Notes: generated from the letters alone by a model not told the origin. DNA of 64,000 nucleotides from an uncultured Candidatus Binatia bacterium (GCA_965218425.1 OZ244621.1:3296001-3360000); one strand, 5' to 3'. Shown: positions 30,929 to 42,553, counted from the stretch's first letter. Made by a program: numbers and translations.

Positions 30929-32152
30929 ATGAAAAAAGATTCTGGGCCACCACTCTTCGATGAAACACGCTCCATTCTGACCGTGAGCGAACTAAACGAA
31001 ATCGTCAAGGGAACTCTGGAAAGGGAGCTGGATTATTGTTGGGTCGCGGGAGAGATCTCCAACTTTCGAGTGCCACCTTCAGGTCACTGTTATTTCACCC
31101 TCAAGGACGATAATTGCCAGCTTTCCGGGGTCATGTTCCGTAGTTACGCTCAGGGCCTTGGCTTTCAACCTGAGAACGGGATAGAGGTGCTCTGTTTTGG
31201 GCGTGTGAGCCTCTATACGGTCCGAGGGGACCTGCAGCTCTATGTGGAAACCGTGGAGCCCAAGGGCAAAGGGGCCCTCTATTTGGCCTTCGAACAACTC
31301 AAGAAACGCCTCTTAGAAGAGGGCCTGTTCGACGAGGAAAGAAAAAGGCCGCTTCCCATTTTACCCCGCACCATCGGGATTGTGACCTCGGCCCGGGGGG
31401 CTGCACTTCGGGATATGCTCCGAATATTGGGGGATCGATTCCCGCAACGTCGGGTGGTCATTCGGCCGGTGAAGGTCCAGGGGGAGGGGGCTGCACAAGA
31501 GATTGCAGAGGGGATTCGAGATGTGGTTGAGTCTCGATTGGTTGAAGTGGTCATCGTTGGTCGAGGGGGGGGGGCTCTGGAGGATCTTTGGGCGTTTAAC
31601 GAGGAGGTGGTTGCCCGGGCCATCTTCGCTTCAACCGTTCCAGTGATCTCTGCGGTGGGTCATGAGATTGACTTTACCATTGCCGACTTTGTAGCCGATC
31701 ATCGTGCGCCCACCCCCACAGCAGCGGCTGAAATGGTGGTCCCACGCAAATCAGACCTCATGGCCCAGAACCAGATTTTCCAGGGGCGCGTCATCAGGGC
31801 ATGTCAGGGAGCGATTTCACTTCAACGGGATCGATGGGAGCGCTTGGCGCGTAGGCTGGTGGACCCCACACGACGCTTGAGAGAGAACCAGATTCACCTC
31901 GATGAGCTTTCCCTGAGCCTGTGGCGCCGATGTCAGAATACTCTGGGCCGTTTTAAAGATCGCTTGGCGCCCCTGGCTGGACGCCTAGGGAGTCTCAGCC
32001 CTCTGGCTGTCCTTGAGCGCGGCTATAGCATTACATACAAGATGCCTGAAGGTCGGATTGTAAAGGATAGCGGTTCGGTGAAGCCTGGAGACCTTCTCCG
32101 AATTACCTTTGCACGTGGAAATTCCCTCGCCAGAGTTGAAAAGAGCGAATGA
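30929..32152 (+). CDS. xseA: Exodeoxyribonuclease VII large subunit
   Basis: GEISN, SGHCYFTLKD, RGGG..EDLWAFN, GHEIDFT, APTPTAAAE. Confidence 0.97.
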   Translation: MKKDSGPPLFDETRSILTVSELNEIVKGTLERELDYCWVAGEISNFRVPPSGHCYFTLKDDNCQLSGVMFRSYAQGLGFQPENGIEVLCFGRVSLYTVRGDLQLYVETVEPKGKGALYLAFEQLKKRLLEEGLFDEERKRPLPILPRTIGIVTSARGAALRDMLRILGDRFPQRRVVIRPVKVQGEGAAQEIAEGIRDVVESRLVEVVIVGRGGGALEDLWAFNEEVVARAIFASTVPVISAVGHEIDFTIADFVADHRAPTPTAAAEMVVPRKSDLMAQNQIFQGRVIRACQGAISLQRDRWERLARRLVDPTRRLRENQIHLDELSLSLWRRCQNTLGRFKDRLAPLAGRLGSLSPLAVLERGYSITYKMPEGRIVKDSGSVKPGDLLRITFARGNSLARVEKSE

Positions 32153-32153
32153 A

Positions 32154-33032
32154 ATGAGGTGGCGGCGGTTTTTATCTCTTGCTGTGCTTGTTATTTTCGC
32201 TCTGGTTCCGCCTTCTCTTTCAGCGGAACAGTCGATTACGGTCTCTCCCAGCGCCTGGGAGGTCTACCAAGGCGGGGTGGTGTCCATTGCCGTGTCGGGG
32301 AAAGGCCTGCAGGGGGTAAAGCTGCTTCGCGGTACGCGGGAAATACCATTTTTCCCCACGGCAACAAGCGGTGTATTCGCAGCTCTGCTGGGGGCAGACC
32401 TCGAAGAAGCCGCCGGGTCCAAGAAGGTGGTCCTCAAAGCACGAGGAGGAACAGGCCCCGATGAAGTCCCCGTGCTTTTGCACGTGAGGAAAAAGGACTA
32501 TGGCACCGAACGTCTATCCCTTCCCGCCTCCTTCGATCGATTTGACAAGGCGGCCTTAAAGCGAATCCGACGGGAAAAGAAACGCATGACGCGGCTGTGG
32601 CCCATCTCCAGTGCCGAGCGGTGGTGGAAGCCGCCATTCGCGGCACCGGTCCCTGGGGCCGTAACTTCTCCCTTCGGTCTGCGCCGGGTTATCAACGGGT
32701 CACCCCGGTCTCCCCATAGTGGAGTGGATCTGAGGGCAGCCGAAGGTGCGAACATCGTTGCCACCAACCATGCCCAGGTGGTTCTAGTGGACGAATTTTA
32801 CTTCAATGGGAAGAGCGTTGTCCTGGATCATGGAGGAGGACTCTATACGATGTATTTTCACCTATCGGATTTCCGAGTGAAGGAGGGTTCCCAGGTGCGC
32901 AAAGGGGAAGTGATCGGTCGGGTGGGAATGACGGGGAGAGTTACGGGACCACACCTCCACTGGGGGGCCCGTGTGAATGGGGCGAGGGTGGACCCATTTG
33001 AGTTGTTAAACAAAGTCTGGGATAAACAATGA
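32154..33032 (+). CDS. M23 family metallopeptidase
   Basis: Signal peptide; HSGVD and HLH zinc motifs. Confidence 0.9.
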   Translation: MRWRRFLSLAVLVIFALVPPSLSAEQSITVSPSAWEVYQGGVVSIAVSGKGLQGVKLLRGTREIPFFPTATSGVFAALLGADLEEAAGSKKVVLKARGGTGPDEVPVLLHVRKKDYGTERLSLPASFDRFDKAALKRIRREKKRMTRLWPISSAERWWKPPFAAPVPGAVTSPFGLRRVINGSPRSPHSGVDLRAAEGANIVATNHAQVVLVDEFYFNGKSVVLDHGGGLYTMYFHLSDFRVKEGSQVRKGEVIGRVGMTGRVTGPHLHWGARVNGARVDPFELLNKVWDKQ

Positions 33033-33123
33033 CGGGGTAGAATTGGCTCTGAAAAAAGTGGATTTAGCCGGTGGAAGGTGGTTGTCTTTCGTTAACCTTC
33101 CCATGAGGGGTCAAGAGGTGGCC

Positions 33124-33387
33124 ATGGCTGCAAAGGAAAAAAAGAAGTTTGAAGAGGCAGTGGAAGAGCTGGAAAGGGTCGTGGAGCAACTGGAATCCGG
33201 AGAACTTTCCCTGGAGGACTCTTTGGCGGCCTTTGCGAACGGTGTCCGATTAGTAAAATTTTGTAACCAGAAGCTCACTGAAGTGGAACGCAAGATTGAG
33301 CTTTTGGTCAAGGACAAGGACGGTGAGCTTCAACTGAAGCCGTTTGAGGACCTGGGTGAAAAGGATGTCAATGAGAAAGAAAGTTAA
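33124..33387 (+). CDS. xseB: Exodeoxyribonuclease VII small subunit
   Basis: FEEAVEELERVVEQLESGELSLEDSL. Confidence 0.95.
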   Translation: MAAKEKKKFEEAVEELERVVEQLESGELSLEDSLAAFANGVRLVKFCNQKLTEVERKIELLVKDKDGELQLKPFEDLGEKDVNEKES

Positions 33388-33399
33388 TCCGCTTCCGTC

Positions 33400-33967
33400 A
33401 TGAACGTCCATGCCTATCTGAAAGCGCAACAGGGGCTCATAGACCGCACCCTCAACCGGTACCTTGGCGAGTGTGGACGCCATCCAGAAACGCTTTTTAA
33501 AGCGATGCAATACTAGTGTCTTTTCCGGCGGAAAAACAATCCGGCCCATCGTCACTCTGGCCGTGGGAGACCTGTTCAGGGCCAAGCGGAAACTCCTCCT
33601 CCCATTTGCTTGCGCCGTGGAAATGATTCACACCTATTCGTTAATCCATGACGACCTTCCTGCCCTTGATAATGATGATCTGCGGAGCGGGAAACCCACC
33701 AGCCATAAACTCTTTGGTGAAGGGATGGCGCTCTTGGCTGGGGATGCGCTCTTAACCGAGGCATTTGATTTAATTGCCCGGCTCAAAACCGTGCGTACCC
33801 TCAAGTCGGGAGTCGTGCTGGATCTGATTCATGAGTTGGCTCGTGCCGCTGCTAGAGGTCGAGCCAAAGAACTCTTGGAGAGATGTTTAAAGGAATTGAA
33901 GAACTTTGGTAAAGAGGCGGAACCCCTCAGGGAAATCGCGCGTTATGTGGTGGAACAGGCCTCCTAG
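33400..33967 (+). pseudogene. ispA: Farnesyl-diphosphate synthase pseudogene (frameshift plus internal deletion)
   Basis: ATG 33400, extra base giving TAG near 33514; [20 protein letters not shown] present; second Asp-rich region missing. Confidence 0.85.
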
Positions 33968-34038
33968 GGGACTATGAATTCCATGTCCCGACCGAAAGCA
34001 ATATGGAATCCTCTGACTCCAGAGGACTGAGGAGACAA

Positions 34039-34779
34039 ATGGGGAAGAGGGAACGATTGGATTCCCTTCTGCTCTTGCGTGGGTTGGTGTCGGCCCGGGA
34101 GGAAGGTCGCAGACGGATCCTGGCTGGTGAGGTGTTGGTAAAGGATCAGTCCGTTACCAAGGCTGGAGCCCTGGTGGATAGGGATGCCCCTATCCGACTA
34201 CAGGGTAAAGCCATTCCCTATGTCAGTCGCGGCGGGTTAAAGCTGGAGAAGGCTCTTGATGAGTTTGAAGTTATGACAGACGGAGTCATTGCCATGGACG
34301 TGGGAGCCTCCACGGGGGGATTCACTCATTGTCTTCTCGCTAGAGGCGCGCGCCGGGTGTATTCAGTAGACGTGGGCTATGGACAGTTCGATTGGGGGCT
34401 TCGCAACGACCCAAGGGTGGTGGTCATGGAGAAAAAAAACATCCGTTACCTCCAGCCTGAGGAGCTTCCAGAAAAGCCTCAATTGACCGTCGTCGATGTT
34501 TCCTTTATTTCGCTCCGTTTGGTATTACCCAAAGTCAGGGAGCTATCGGCTGACAGAGGAGAGATACTGGCCCTTATTAAACCCCAATTCGAAGTGGGTA
34601 AAGGCAAGGTGGGTAAAGGGGGTGTGGTTCGCTCACCAGAGGATCATGACCGAGTTCTCACTGAGGTCAAAGAGGCAGCTGTGGCCATGGAACTAAAAGT
34701 GAACGGCCTTACTGAGTCACCTCTATTTGGCCCCAAGGGGAACAGGGAGTTTTTTATTTATTTGAGGAAAAGGGGATAG
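34039..34779 (+). CDS. tlyA: TlyA family rRNA methyltransferase/hemolysin
   Basis: S4 domain, YVSRGGLKL, DVGASTGGF, IKPQFE, GNREF. Confidence 0.95.
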   Translation: MGKRERLDSLLLLRGLVSAREEGRRRILAGEVLVKDQSVTKAGALVDRDAPIRLQGKAIPYVSRGGLKLEKALDEFEVMTDGVIAMDVGASTGGFTHCLLARGARRVYSVDVGYGQFDWGLRNDPRVVVMEKKNIRYLQPEELPEKPQLTVVDVSFISLRLVLPKVRELSADRGEILALIKPQFEVGKGKVGKGGVVRSPEDHDRVLTEVKEAAVAMELKVNGLTESPLFGPKGNREFFIYLRKRG

Positions 34780-34911
34780 CCCATCTGCACTGGGAAGTGG
34801 GACCGGAGAAGGTCCAAAAGGGGAGGAATCGGTTAATTATGAGCAGCCATGGGCAAAGGAAATCCCCCGGGCAGGTTGAGTTTCCCGTGTGTAAAAGTGC
34901 GGTGCTTCAGC

Positions 34912-34939
34912 TTGACTTGATGGAATAATTCCATATATT
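34912..34939 (+). promoter_or_regulatory. Candidate sigma70 promoter of the rpsU operon
   Basis: TTGACT-16 bp-TATATT. Confidence 0.4.
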
Positions 34940-34995
34940 GAAGAGTTTAGGGTAGTAGTGTTGCCATTCTTAGTGAGCCAGTGGGGGAGTTACCA

Positions 34996-35196
34996 TTGAC
35001 CGGAGTTAGAATTAGAGACAACGAATCCATTGAGAGCGCCATCCGGCGATTCAAGAAGACCTGCGAGAAGGCCGGAATTCTGGCAGAATTGCGCAAGCGG
35101 GAGCATTTCGAGAAGCCTAGTATCAAGAAGAAAAAGAAGGCGATAGCGGCAAGGAAACGGGCTTTGAAGCGGGCCCGAAACTATCGTTTTTATTAG
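34996..35196 (+). CDS. rpsU: 30S ribosomal protein S21 (TTG start; alternative GTG 34981)
   Basis: [12 protein letters not shown]...[10 protein letters not shown]. Confidence 0.97.
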   Translation: MTGVRIRDNESIESAIRRFKKTCEKAGILAELRKREHFEKPSIKKKKKAIAARKRALKRARNYRFY

Positions 35197-35299
35197 CTCA
35201 GCTTGAGTTCTAGAAGCTTTGTTCTTAATCTATAGTCGGAGGTGAGAAACGGTCAAGGGTTGTGGTTTTTGCCTCAAACCCAGCCCAACGTAATCCATT

Positions 35300-35845
35300 G
35301 TGAATATCGTTGATCTGACCTTGCTTCTACTCTTGGCGCTCTTTGCCGTTAGGGGATATTTCAAGGGGCTCTTTCTTGAAATCTTCTCCCTCCTTGGGAT
35401 ATTTTCTGGTATCCTCATCGCCGTTCGTTACAATGGACAGGCCTCCCACCTTCTTCACGGCTACTGGGAAATCTCCCCCATCATTCTTAAGGCCGTAGGC
35501 TTTGTTCTTATCTTCTTTGTGGTCTACTTTGTCTTCAACTTGCTTGGATGGCTGCTGCAACGCTCCAGCCGATACCTTTTCCTTGGGGGATTCAATCGCG
35601 CAGGCGGGGTCGTTTTTGGAACTGGAAAAGGCGCGGCGTTTTTGGCCCTTATTCTGTTCCTCGTGGGATCCTCCTCCTTCCTGCCACAGGACATTCGCAA
35701 GCAGGTTGATGATTCCGTGCTTGTACCGACCCTGAATCGTTTTGGCCAAGAGCTGGTTGAACTGGGGAAAGACACGCTCTTTTCCTATGAACTCGAGGAG
35801 CAAAGTGTAGAAGAAGTTTTGCTTTCCTTGAGGCGTTTGGGATGA
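35300..35845 (+). CDS. cvpA: CvpA family membrane protein
   Basis: NIVD...RGYFKG, NRAGGVVFG. Confidence 0.85.
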   Translation: MNIVDLTLLLLLALFAVRGYFKGLFLEIFSLLGIFSGILIAVRYNGQASHLLHGYWEISPIILKAVGFVLIFFVVYFVFNLLGWLLQRSSRYLFLGGFNRAGGVVFGTGKGAAFLALILFLVGSSSFLPQDIRKQVDDSVLVPTLNRFGQELVELGKDTLFSYELEEQSVEEVLLSLRRLG

Positions 35846-37635
35846 TTGGGGACGATAAGATCTCAGAAATTCGGGAGCGTGCCTCTATCGTGGAGGTGGT
35901 TTCCGATCATTTGACCCTGAAAAAGCTTGGCCGTAATCACATTGGACTTTGCCCATTCCATTCCGAAAAGACGCCCTCTTTTACCGTGAACGAGGAAAAA
36001 GGAATCTTTCATTGTTTTGGTTGTGGTGTGGGAGGAAATGTCTTTAACTTCTTGATGAACCATGAGCGTTTGACTTTTCCTGAAGCCGTGGAACGGGTAG
36101 CGAAGCGCTACGGGATTCGGGTTGACCCAGTGGAGCGCCCCTCGTTCATGAGAGAGCAAAAAGAAGGTCTCTCCAGGCTGAATGAGAAGGCAGCTAACTA
36201 TTTTTATAAGGCACTACGAAACCATCCCGAGGGGGCCCGAGCCCTTGGGTACCTCAGGCAGAGGGGGGTTGGGGATGAGGTGGCCCGAAAGTTCCATCTG
36301 GGTTATGCCCCAGCCAATGGTCAGGGGTTGGTGCAGTCCTTACGGAAAGACGGAGTTCCCATGAAAGATGCGGTCTCCGTTGGCCTTATAAGTGAAAAGG
36401 GCAGGGATCACTACGGGGAAAAGTTTTTTGGGCGTCTCATGTTTCCTATTGTTGACCCTAGTGGAAAGGTTGTGGGTTTTGGTGGCAGGGTCATTGGAGA
36501 AGGACTACCAAAGTATCTCAACTCGCAGGATACGCCACTTTTTCGCAAAGGGGCACAGCTCTATGGCCTCTACCAGGCGAAGGAGGCTGTCCGCTCCATG
36601 GATCAGGTGGTGGTAGTGGAGGGGTATCTGGATGTGCTCGCTTTGAGCCAAGCGGGTCTTCCCTGTGTGGTCGCCACTTTGGGAACCGCCCTCACCCCGG
36701 ATCACGTGCGAATTCTGAGACGCTATACAAAGAACGTTATCGCCCTTTTTGATGGGGATGGGGCCGGGAGAAAAGCGGCGGCCCGGAGTTTTGAAATTTT
36801 TCTGGAGGGAGGATTGTTGGGTCAGGGTGCCTTTCTCCCCCAGGGAGATGATCCCGACACCTTCGTACGCTCCAAAGGTAAAGACGCATTGGAGAAAGTT
36901 CTCCATCAGGCCATCCCCTTAGCGGATTTCTATTTTACATGGCTTCAGGGGCTATACGGCGGCAAACTGGAAGGTAAAAGCCAGATTGCTCAAGAGGTCA
37001 GTCGAGTCCTGACCAAGGTGAAGAATCCCTTTGAGTATGATTTACTGACTCGCCGGGCAGCAGAATCCTTGGGAATCAGAGAGGAACTGATACGCAAATC
37101 GCAGGCTCAGAACTCCCTGGTTCGGGGCCCACGCCCGGGTTCGCCAGAGCGGGAGTCAGCAACCCCAATGCCGGAGGACAAAGCAGAGTCTTCTCTCGTA
37201 ACCCTTATGCTCCGTTTCCCCAGCGCGATCCAGCGTCTGGAGAGAGAGACGGGGTTGGAGCAGATCTTTAGTCCAAGGTGGTGGGAGATCGTTGATAAGA
37301 TCCTCTGCATGTGGCGGGAGCATGGTGAGCTTGAACTAGCAAGGTTAACACAGGACCTTGCGCCGGACCTAGCATCCACCGTTACCGCCTTGATGATTCA
37401 GGGGGAGAGCATTGAGGAGAATGAATGTGGTCAGATGACAGAGGACTGCATTGTTCATCTGAAGGTAAAGCGATTGAAACAATTGGAACAGGAATTATGC
37501 AAAGCGATCCGCCTCGCGGAAGAAAAAAAAGATGACAAAGCCAGAAAAGAGAGGATTCTTGAATGGCAAGAGGTCGTACAAAGAGAGCGCAACTTAGAAC
37601 GGCAGAGATTCAGCCTCAGAACGGCGATGCATTAG
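35842..37635 (+). CDS. dnaG: DNA primase
   Basis: CPFH..KTPSF..CFGC zinc finger, PKYLNS, EGYLD, FDGD, DPD. Confidence 0.97.
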   Translation: MIGDDKISEIRERASIVEVVSDHLTLKKLGRNHIGLCPFHSEKTPSFTVNEEKGIFHCFGCGVGGNVFNFLMNHERLTFPEAVERVAKRYGIRVDPVERPSFMREQKEGLSRLNEKAANYFYKALRNHPEGARALGYLRQRGVGDEVARKFHLGYAPANGQGLVQSLRKDGVPMKDAVSVGLISEKGRDHYGEKFFGRLMFPIVDPSGKVVGFGGRVIGEGLPKYLNSQDTPLFRKGAQLYGLYQAKEAVRSMDQVVVVEGYLDVLALSQAGLPCVVATLGTALTPDHVRILRRYTKNVIALFDGDGAGRKAAARSFEIFLEGGLLGQGAFLPQGDDPDTFVRSKGKDALEKVLHQAIPLADFYFTWLQGLYGGKLEGKSQIAQEVSRVLTKVKNPFEYDLLTRRAAESLGIREELIRKSQAQNSLVRGPRPGSPERESATPMPEDKAESSLVTLMLRFPSAIQRLERETGLEQIFSPRWWEIVDKILCMWREHGELELARLTQDLAPDLASTVTALMIQGESIEENECGQMTEDCIVHLKVKRLKQLEQELCKAIRLAEEKKDDKARKERILEWQEVVQRERNLERQRFSLRTAMH

Positions 37636-39425
37636 AAGCCGCCGAAGATCTCAACGGGGCTGGGGCCCGTAAGCAGAACATCAAAGAGGTCAAGAAGCTC
37701 ATCGATATAGGTAAGGAAAAAGGTTACCTTACCTATGATGAGCTCAATGACCTACTGCCTGCTGACATCGTGTCAGCGGATCAAATCGATGACGTCATGT
37801 CCATATTTGGCGAAATGGACATTGAAGTCATTGACTCCAGTCAGCGCGTTGTCATTGCAGGCCAGGGTGACGATGTTCCAGACGACGATGATGAAGAACG
37901 AGAGCTGGAAGTAGAAAGTGATGAGGATATTACCGGCAAGACCGGAGACCCCGTCCGGATGTACCTCCGGGAAATGGGTACTGTTTCTCTCCTCAGTCGG
38001 GAAGGCGAAGTGGTCATTGCCAAGGAGATCGAGGAGGGAGAAAAACAGGTGGTGGACGAAGTCCTCTCTTGTCCATTGGCCCTCCATTATGTCCTTGACC
38101 TAGCGGACAAGATCTCTCGTCACGAAATCAGAGTCCGTGAAGTCATTACGGATGCGGACGATGATCTGGACTACCTTGAGGAAGAAGAAATCTATGAGAA
38201 AAAACTCTTGGAGCAGACCGGCAAACTGCGTCGTCTGACCAAGGAGAAAGATGATATCGAAAAGAAACTAAACAAGGCGGGTTTGTCAGCTCGAAAGAAA
38301 CAGGACTTGCAGGAATCCCTCACTAAGCAGCGTGACAGGATTTTCAAACGGCTCAAGGGGCTCCAGCTCAATCGACGGCAGATCGACACCATCGTGGATC
38401 GGCTTAAAAAGGCACTGAATCACCTGCACCAACTGCAAAGGAGGGTAAATTACTTCGAAAATAAAACTGGCAAACCGGCGCCGGAATTACTCAAGCTGAT
38501 TCCCACTAGCAACGGGGCCAAGAAACATTGGCAGCGAGTCATCGGGACTTTTCGGATGAGTCACGAAGCCATCCGGCAAATGGCCGAGGGAATTCGCAGT
38601 GCACGCAGAGAAGTAAAATGGGTTGAAAAGCAGTTAGAAATTCCGGCGGGTGAGATTGAGCGTCGAGTTCGTTGCATTATTGAAGAGGAGACCAAGGCCA
38701 ATCTCGCCAAGAAACAGTTGATCGAGGCAAATTTACGCTTGGTGGTCAGTATTGCGAAAAAATACACGAACCGTGGCCTTCAGTTCCTGGACCTGATCCA
38801 GGAGGGAAATATCGGCCTTATGAAGGCGGTGGATAAATTCGAGTATCAACGAGGCTATAAGTTTTCCACCTATGCCACCTGGTGGATCCGTCAGGCCATC
38901 ACCCGAGCCATCGCAGACCAGGCTCGAACTATCCGTATCCCCGTCCACATGATTGAAACCATCAATAAGCTAATTCGTACCTCTCGCTACCTTGTCCAGG
39001 AAATCGGACGCGAGCCGACCCCTGAAGAGATTGCTGCGAAGATGGAAATCCCCCTGGATAAAGTAAGAAAAGTTTTAAAGATCGCCAAGGAGCCCATTTC
39101 CTTGGAGACCCCCGTGGGCGAGGAGGAGGACAGCCACTTGGGTGACTTCATCGAAGACAAGCGTGCGGTGGCCCCCGCCGACGCAGTCATTAACCTGAAC
39201 CTTCAAGAGCAGACCAAGAAGGTTCTGGCAACCTTGACGCCGCGTGAAGAGCAGGTGTTGAGAATGCGCTTTGGCATCGGGGAAAAATCTGATCATACCC
39301 TTGAGGAAGTGGGTCAAAAGTTTGCCGTAACCCGCGAGCGCATCCGACAGATTGAAGCCAAGGCGTTGCGCAAGCTAAGACACCCCAGCCGCAGTAAGAG
39401 GCTTAGGAGCTTCATGGACGGATAG
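37563..39425 (+). CDS. rpoD: RNA polymerase primary sigma factor (exact start uncertain)
   Basis: Region 1.1 [59 protein letters not shown]. Confidence 0.97.
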   Translation: MARGRTKRAQLRTAEIQPQNGDALEAAEDLNGAGARKQNIKEVKKLIDIGKEKGYLTYDELNDLLPADIVSADQIDDVMSIFGEMDIEVIDSSQRVVIAGQGDDVPDDDDEERELEVESDEDITGKTGDPVRMYLREMGTVSLLSREGEVVIAKEIEEGEKQVVDEVLSCPLALHYVLDLADKISRHEIRVREVITDADDDLDYLEEEEIYEKKLLEQTGKLRRLTKEKDDIEKKLNKAGLSARKKQDLQESLTKQRDRIFKRLKGLQLNRRQIDTIVDRLKKALNHLHQLQRRVNYFENKTGKPAPELLKLIPTSNGAKKHWQRVIGTFRMSHEAIRQMAEGIRSARREVKWVEKQLEIPAGEIERRVRCIIEEETKANLAKKQLIEANLRLVVSIAKKYTNRGLQFLDLIQEGNIGLMKAVDKFEYQRGYKFSTYATWWIRQAITRAIADQARTIRIPVHMIETINKLIRTSRYLVQEIGREPTPEEIAAKMEIPLDKVRKVLKIAKEPISLETPVGEEEDSHLGDFIEDKRAVAPADAVINLNLQEQTKKVLATLTPREEQVLRMRFGIGEKSDHTLEEVGQKFAVTRERIRQIEAKALRKLRHPSRSKRLRSFMDG

Positions 39426-39465
39426 GCTCCCTCAATTCACACCATTCTGCCTCATCAACCCATCC

Positions 39466-39542
39466 GGGCCCATAGCTCAGTTGGTTAGAGCCACCGGCTC
39501 ATAACCGGTAGGTCCCTGGTTCGAATCCAGGTGGGCCCACCA
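39466..39542 (+). tRNA. tRNA with CAT anticodon, most likely tRNA-Ile2 (lysidine-modified)
   Basis: GGGCCCA acceptor stem, anticodon loop CTCATAA, TTCGAA T-loop, encoded CCA; G1-C72 pair argues against initiator tRNA. Confidence 0.92.
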
Positions 39543-39756
39543 AATTTTGCCCTGCAAAGAGAGCGATCCCGAGAAAAAGACAAGATTTGGGACAAATTGA
39601 GGAGGTCCAATTGTTGATTTTAAATGGACGAGGGGCAGCAAAGCAGTAATTCGAAAACCATCAGCATCTTTGATCCATCCTCTCCCAATGATCTTTTTGT
39701 GAGCTCATCCTGACGATGGGTCCCATCTTTGCCATGGATAGGGTATAATCCGTCCC

Positions 39757-40218
39757 ATGGCTGAGAGGGCAACTCGTGTCACAGAACAGAGTGTCGAGGT
39801 TCTTAAAACCGTCTATCCAATCTTTAAGCGTGAAGTCTACGGGAGAAGGCAGTCCATTATGTGGATTGCCACGGGAGGCAGCGCTACCCTTTTAGTTTTG
39901 CTCTTGGTGGCGAGTTCCGGGTGGTTTGCCATGGGAGGAGGATTGCGGTGGGCCATGATATTGGGTGCGGTGGTCTTTTCTTCCCTCCTCATTGGTCAAA
40001 TCCACCAACAGGATCTACGACACAAACAGGCAAAACACGGGCTCATTCAGATTGAAAAAGCCCTTGAATTTTTTGCAAAGGATTCTTACCTCCCGGGAAA
40101 GAGCCTTTACCCACAGACCTGGCAAGAGTTGCCCGAGAGGGATTGGCAATTTTGGATATCTGTTCTAAGCCTCGTCGCGCTGACGGCTCTGGCAGTTCTG
40201 GCCTTGCTTTTCACGTGA
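39757..40218 (+). CDS. Hypothetical membrane protein (about three TM)
   Basis: 153-aa ORF with TATAAT immediately upstream of the ATG. Confidence 0.7.
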   Translation: MAERATRVTEQSVEVLKTVYPIFKREVYGRRQSIMWIATGGSATLLVLLLVASSGWFAMGGGLRWAMILGAVVFSSLLIGQIHQQDLRHKQAKHGLIQIEKALEFFAKDSYLPGKSLYPQTWQELPERDWQFWISVLSLVALTALAVLALLFT

Positions 40219-40252
40219 TCAGTATTTATGGATGACACCACAACCCTAGGCG

Positions 40253-41716
40253 TTAGACGTTGACGATCACGACGCCTTTCGGCTCTAAATAATAGTCGAG
40301 GGCCTCCGGGCCGTGCTCTCGTCCCACACCGCTGGCCTTGACGCCACCAAAAGGGAGTTCGTCGTAGCCATAGTGGAGCGAGTTTACCCAAACGTTTCCA
40401 GCCTGAAGCTTGTCGATGGCCTTGTTTGCGTGGACCATGTTGCGGGTCCATATGGAAGAACCCAGGCCGAATATCGAGCTGTTGGCCTTTTCGATGGCCT
40501 CATCCAGGTCCTTGAACCTATAGACCGGCAGGGCAGGACCAAAACACTCTTCCGTAGTGATCCGGGCATCGTCGGGCACGTCAGTGAGTAGTGTGGGGAG
40601 GTAAAAGAACCCACCATCCAGCTCTTTCCCCTTTGGTCTTTCCCCTCCGACGATTGCCTTCGCGCCACGAGACTTGGCGTCCTCAACCTGCTCTTCCACC
40701 TCTTTCCTCTGGTAATCCATATGGAGCGGGCCCATACGGCTTTCTTTGCTCATGCCGTTTCCCACGGTCTTTTTCTTCAGCAGCTCAGCCAGGTTGTCGA
40801 TGAACTTGTCTGCAATGGATTCGTGCAGGAACAGACGCTTGACCCCGAGGCACATCTGGCCACAATTGAAGAACCGGCCCACGTCGGCCATCTTGACGGC
40901 CAGGTCGACATTGGCGTCATCCATGACGATCATGGGGTCGCTTCCCCCTAGCTCCAGGGTGACTCTCTTGATCTCCCTACCCGCCACCTCCATCACATGA
41001 CGTCCAATATCGGTGGAGCCGGTAAAGGCAATTCGCCGGACTCTAGGGTTGCTCAGCAGTTCTTCTCCAACGGTGCTCCCGGGTCCGGTCACCACATTGA
41101 CAGTCCCCTCGGGCAGGTTTTTCTGTTGCTTACCCTCACCGTACGTGGCCTTTTGTATCTGTTCGATACACAGAAGTGTTGCAAGGGGTGTGGTGCTGGC
41201 GGGCTTTACGATAGCGGTGTTGCCCGCGGCCAAAGCAGGACCAAGTTTCGTCCCCATAAGCGTCAAGGGAAAATTCCAGGGAATGATTCCAGCACACACC
41301 CCGATGGGTTGGCGGACTACCATGCCGTAGGCGTTCTTTTGGGGCAAGGGGACATGGGAACCCCGGACCTTTGAGGCCAGGCCGGCATAAAACTCGAGGC
41401 CGTGCAACAAATGATGGATCTCCAGGTTGGCCTCGAATAGGGTTTTCCCCTGTTCCTGGGTGAGCAGCTGGGCAATCTCCTTGCCCTTCTCCTTGATTAG
41501 CTCACAGGCATTGGTCAACATTTTGCCACGGTCTTCCGCCGTCACGTCTGACCACTCCTTGAATGCCGTTTCTGCGGCGTCAATGGCCTGCACGACGTCC
41601 TCGGCCGTGCCTTTGGCCGCATGGTCCACAACTTCGCCCGTGGCGGGGTTGCGCACTTCGTATGTTTCCTTACTCCCAGAGTCGACCTGCTCGCCTCCGA
41701 TTAACAACTTGGACAT
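40253..41716 (-). CDS. NAD(P)-dependent aldehyde dehydrogenase
   Basis: PWNFP, FTGST, LELGG, NCGQMC, EECFGP. Confidence 0.95.
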   Translation of the reverse strand: MSKLLIGGEQVDSGSKETYEVRNPATGEVVDHAAKGTAEDVVQAIDAAETAFKEWSDVTAEDRGKMLTNACELIKEKGKEIAQLLTQEQGKTLFEANLEIHHLLHGLEFYAGLASKVRGSHVPLPQKNAYGMVVRQPIGVCAGIIPWNFPLTLMGTKLGPALAAGNTAIVKPASTTPLATLLCIEQIQKATYGEGKQQKNLPEGTVNVVTGPGSTVGEELLSNPRVRRIAFTGSTDIGRHVMEVAGREIKRVTLELGGSDPMIVMDDANVDLAVKMADVGRFFNCGQMCLGVKRLFLHESIADKFIDNLAELLKKKTVGNGMSKESRMGPLHMDYQRKEVEEQVEDAKSRGAKAIVGGERPKGKELDGGFFYLPTLLTDVPDDARITTEECFGPALPVYRFKDLDEAIEKANSSIFGLGSSIWTRNMVHANKAIDKLQAGNVWVNSLHYGYDELPFGGVKASGVGREHGPEALDYYLEPKGVVIVNV

Positions 41717-41770
41717 TCATAACCTCCGGTTTTGTTTCAGTGCATAGTGCTTAGTTTGGCTTTTTAATCG

Positions 41771-42553
41771 TTATTTTCCTTGGAATTTAGCCGTTCGCTT
41801 TTCCAAGTATGCCTTGACTCCTTCGTTACCATCGTCGCTCCCAAAGGCCTGATAGAGGACCTCGTGTTCCAGGGCCAGTCCATCGGACAGGGAACCATCA
41901 AGGCCCGCTTGTATGGCGCGTTTAATTTTACCCACTGCAAGGCTTGCCTTGTTGGGTGGGACGAACTGGCCGGCATAGTCCATAACCTGATCCATGAAAT
42001 TATCCTTTTCATAAATATAGTGAATCAGGCCAAACTCCAGGGCCTCCTCATAGGCGATCTGCTTCCCCATGGCACACAGTTCCAATCCCCGACCCCTGCC
42101 TACCAGTCGAGGGAGACGCTGAGTTCCGCCCATACCCGGCATGACGCCGAGATTGACCTCAGCCAGACCAACTCTCCCTGCATCCTTTTTTGCAATACGA
42201 ATATCAGCTGCCATTGCGATCTCCAGTCCGCCGCCGATGGCGTGACCGTTGATGGCGGCAATGATGAGCTTGGGTGTCCGTTCCATGCGCAAGAGAACCT
42301 CGTTCCCGTGCACGGCAAAGTTATATTTGTACGCTAGGGATTGCTTGGCCAGCATGTTGATGTCGGCTCCGGCGGAGAAAAACTTCTCACCGGCTCCCGT
42401 AAGGACGATCACATGGGTGTTTTCATCGAAACGGGCCTGGAGAATACAATCATCGAGCTGACGCAACATCTCGTGGGTGTAAGGATTGGCCGGTGGACTG
42501 TTAATCTCCAACGTAAGGACCCCACCTTCCTTTTTCTGTTCAATGTTCCCCAT
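41771..42553 (-). CDS. Enoyl-CoA hydratase/isomerase
   Basis: FSAGADI, GGGLE, AEVNLGVMPG, GGTQRL. Confidence 0.93.
   Translation of the reverse strand: MGNIEQKKEGGVLTLEINSPPANPYTHEMLRQLDDCILQARFDENTHVIVLTGAGEKFFSAGADINMLAKQSLAYKYNFAVHGNEVLLRMERTPKLIIAAINGHAIGGGLEIAMAADIRIAKKDAGRVGLAEVNLGVMPGMGGTQRLPRLVGRGRGLELCAMGKQIAYEEALEFGLIHYIYEKDNFMDQVMDYAGQFVPPNKASLAVGKIKRAIQAGLDGSLSDGLALEHEVLYQAFGSDDGNEGVKAYLEKRTAKFQGK

Noticed and set aside
39466..39760. tRNA as a genomic island integration site
   Set aside because: No adjacent integrase, and I noticed no duplicated tRNA 3' end
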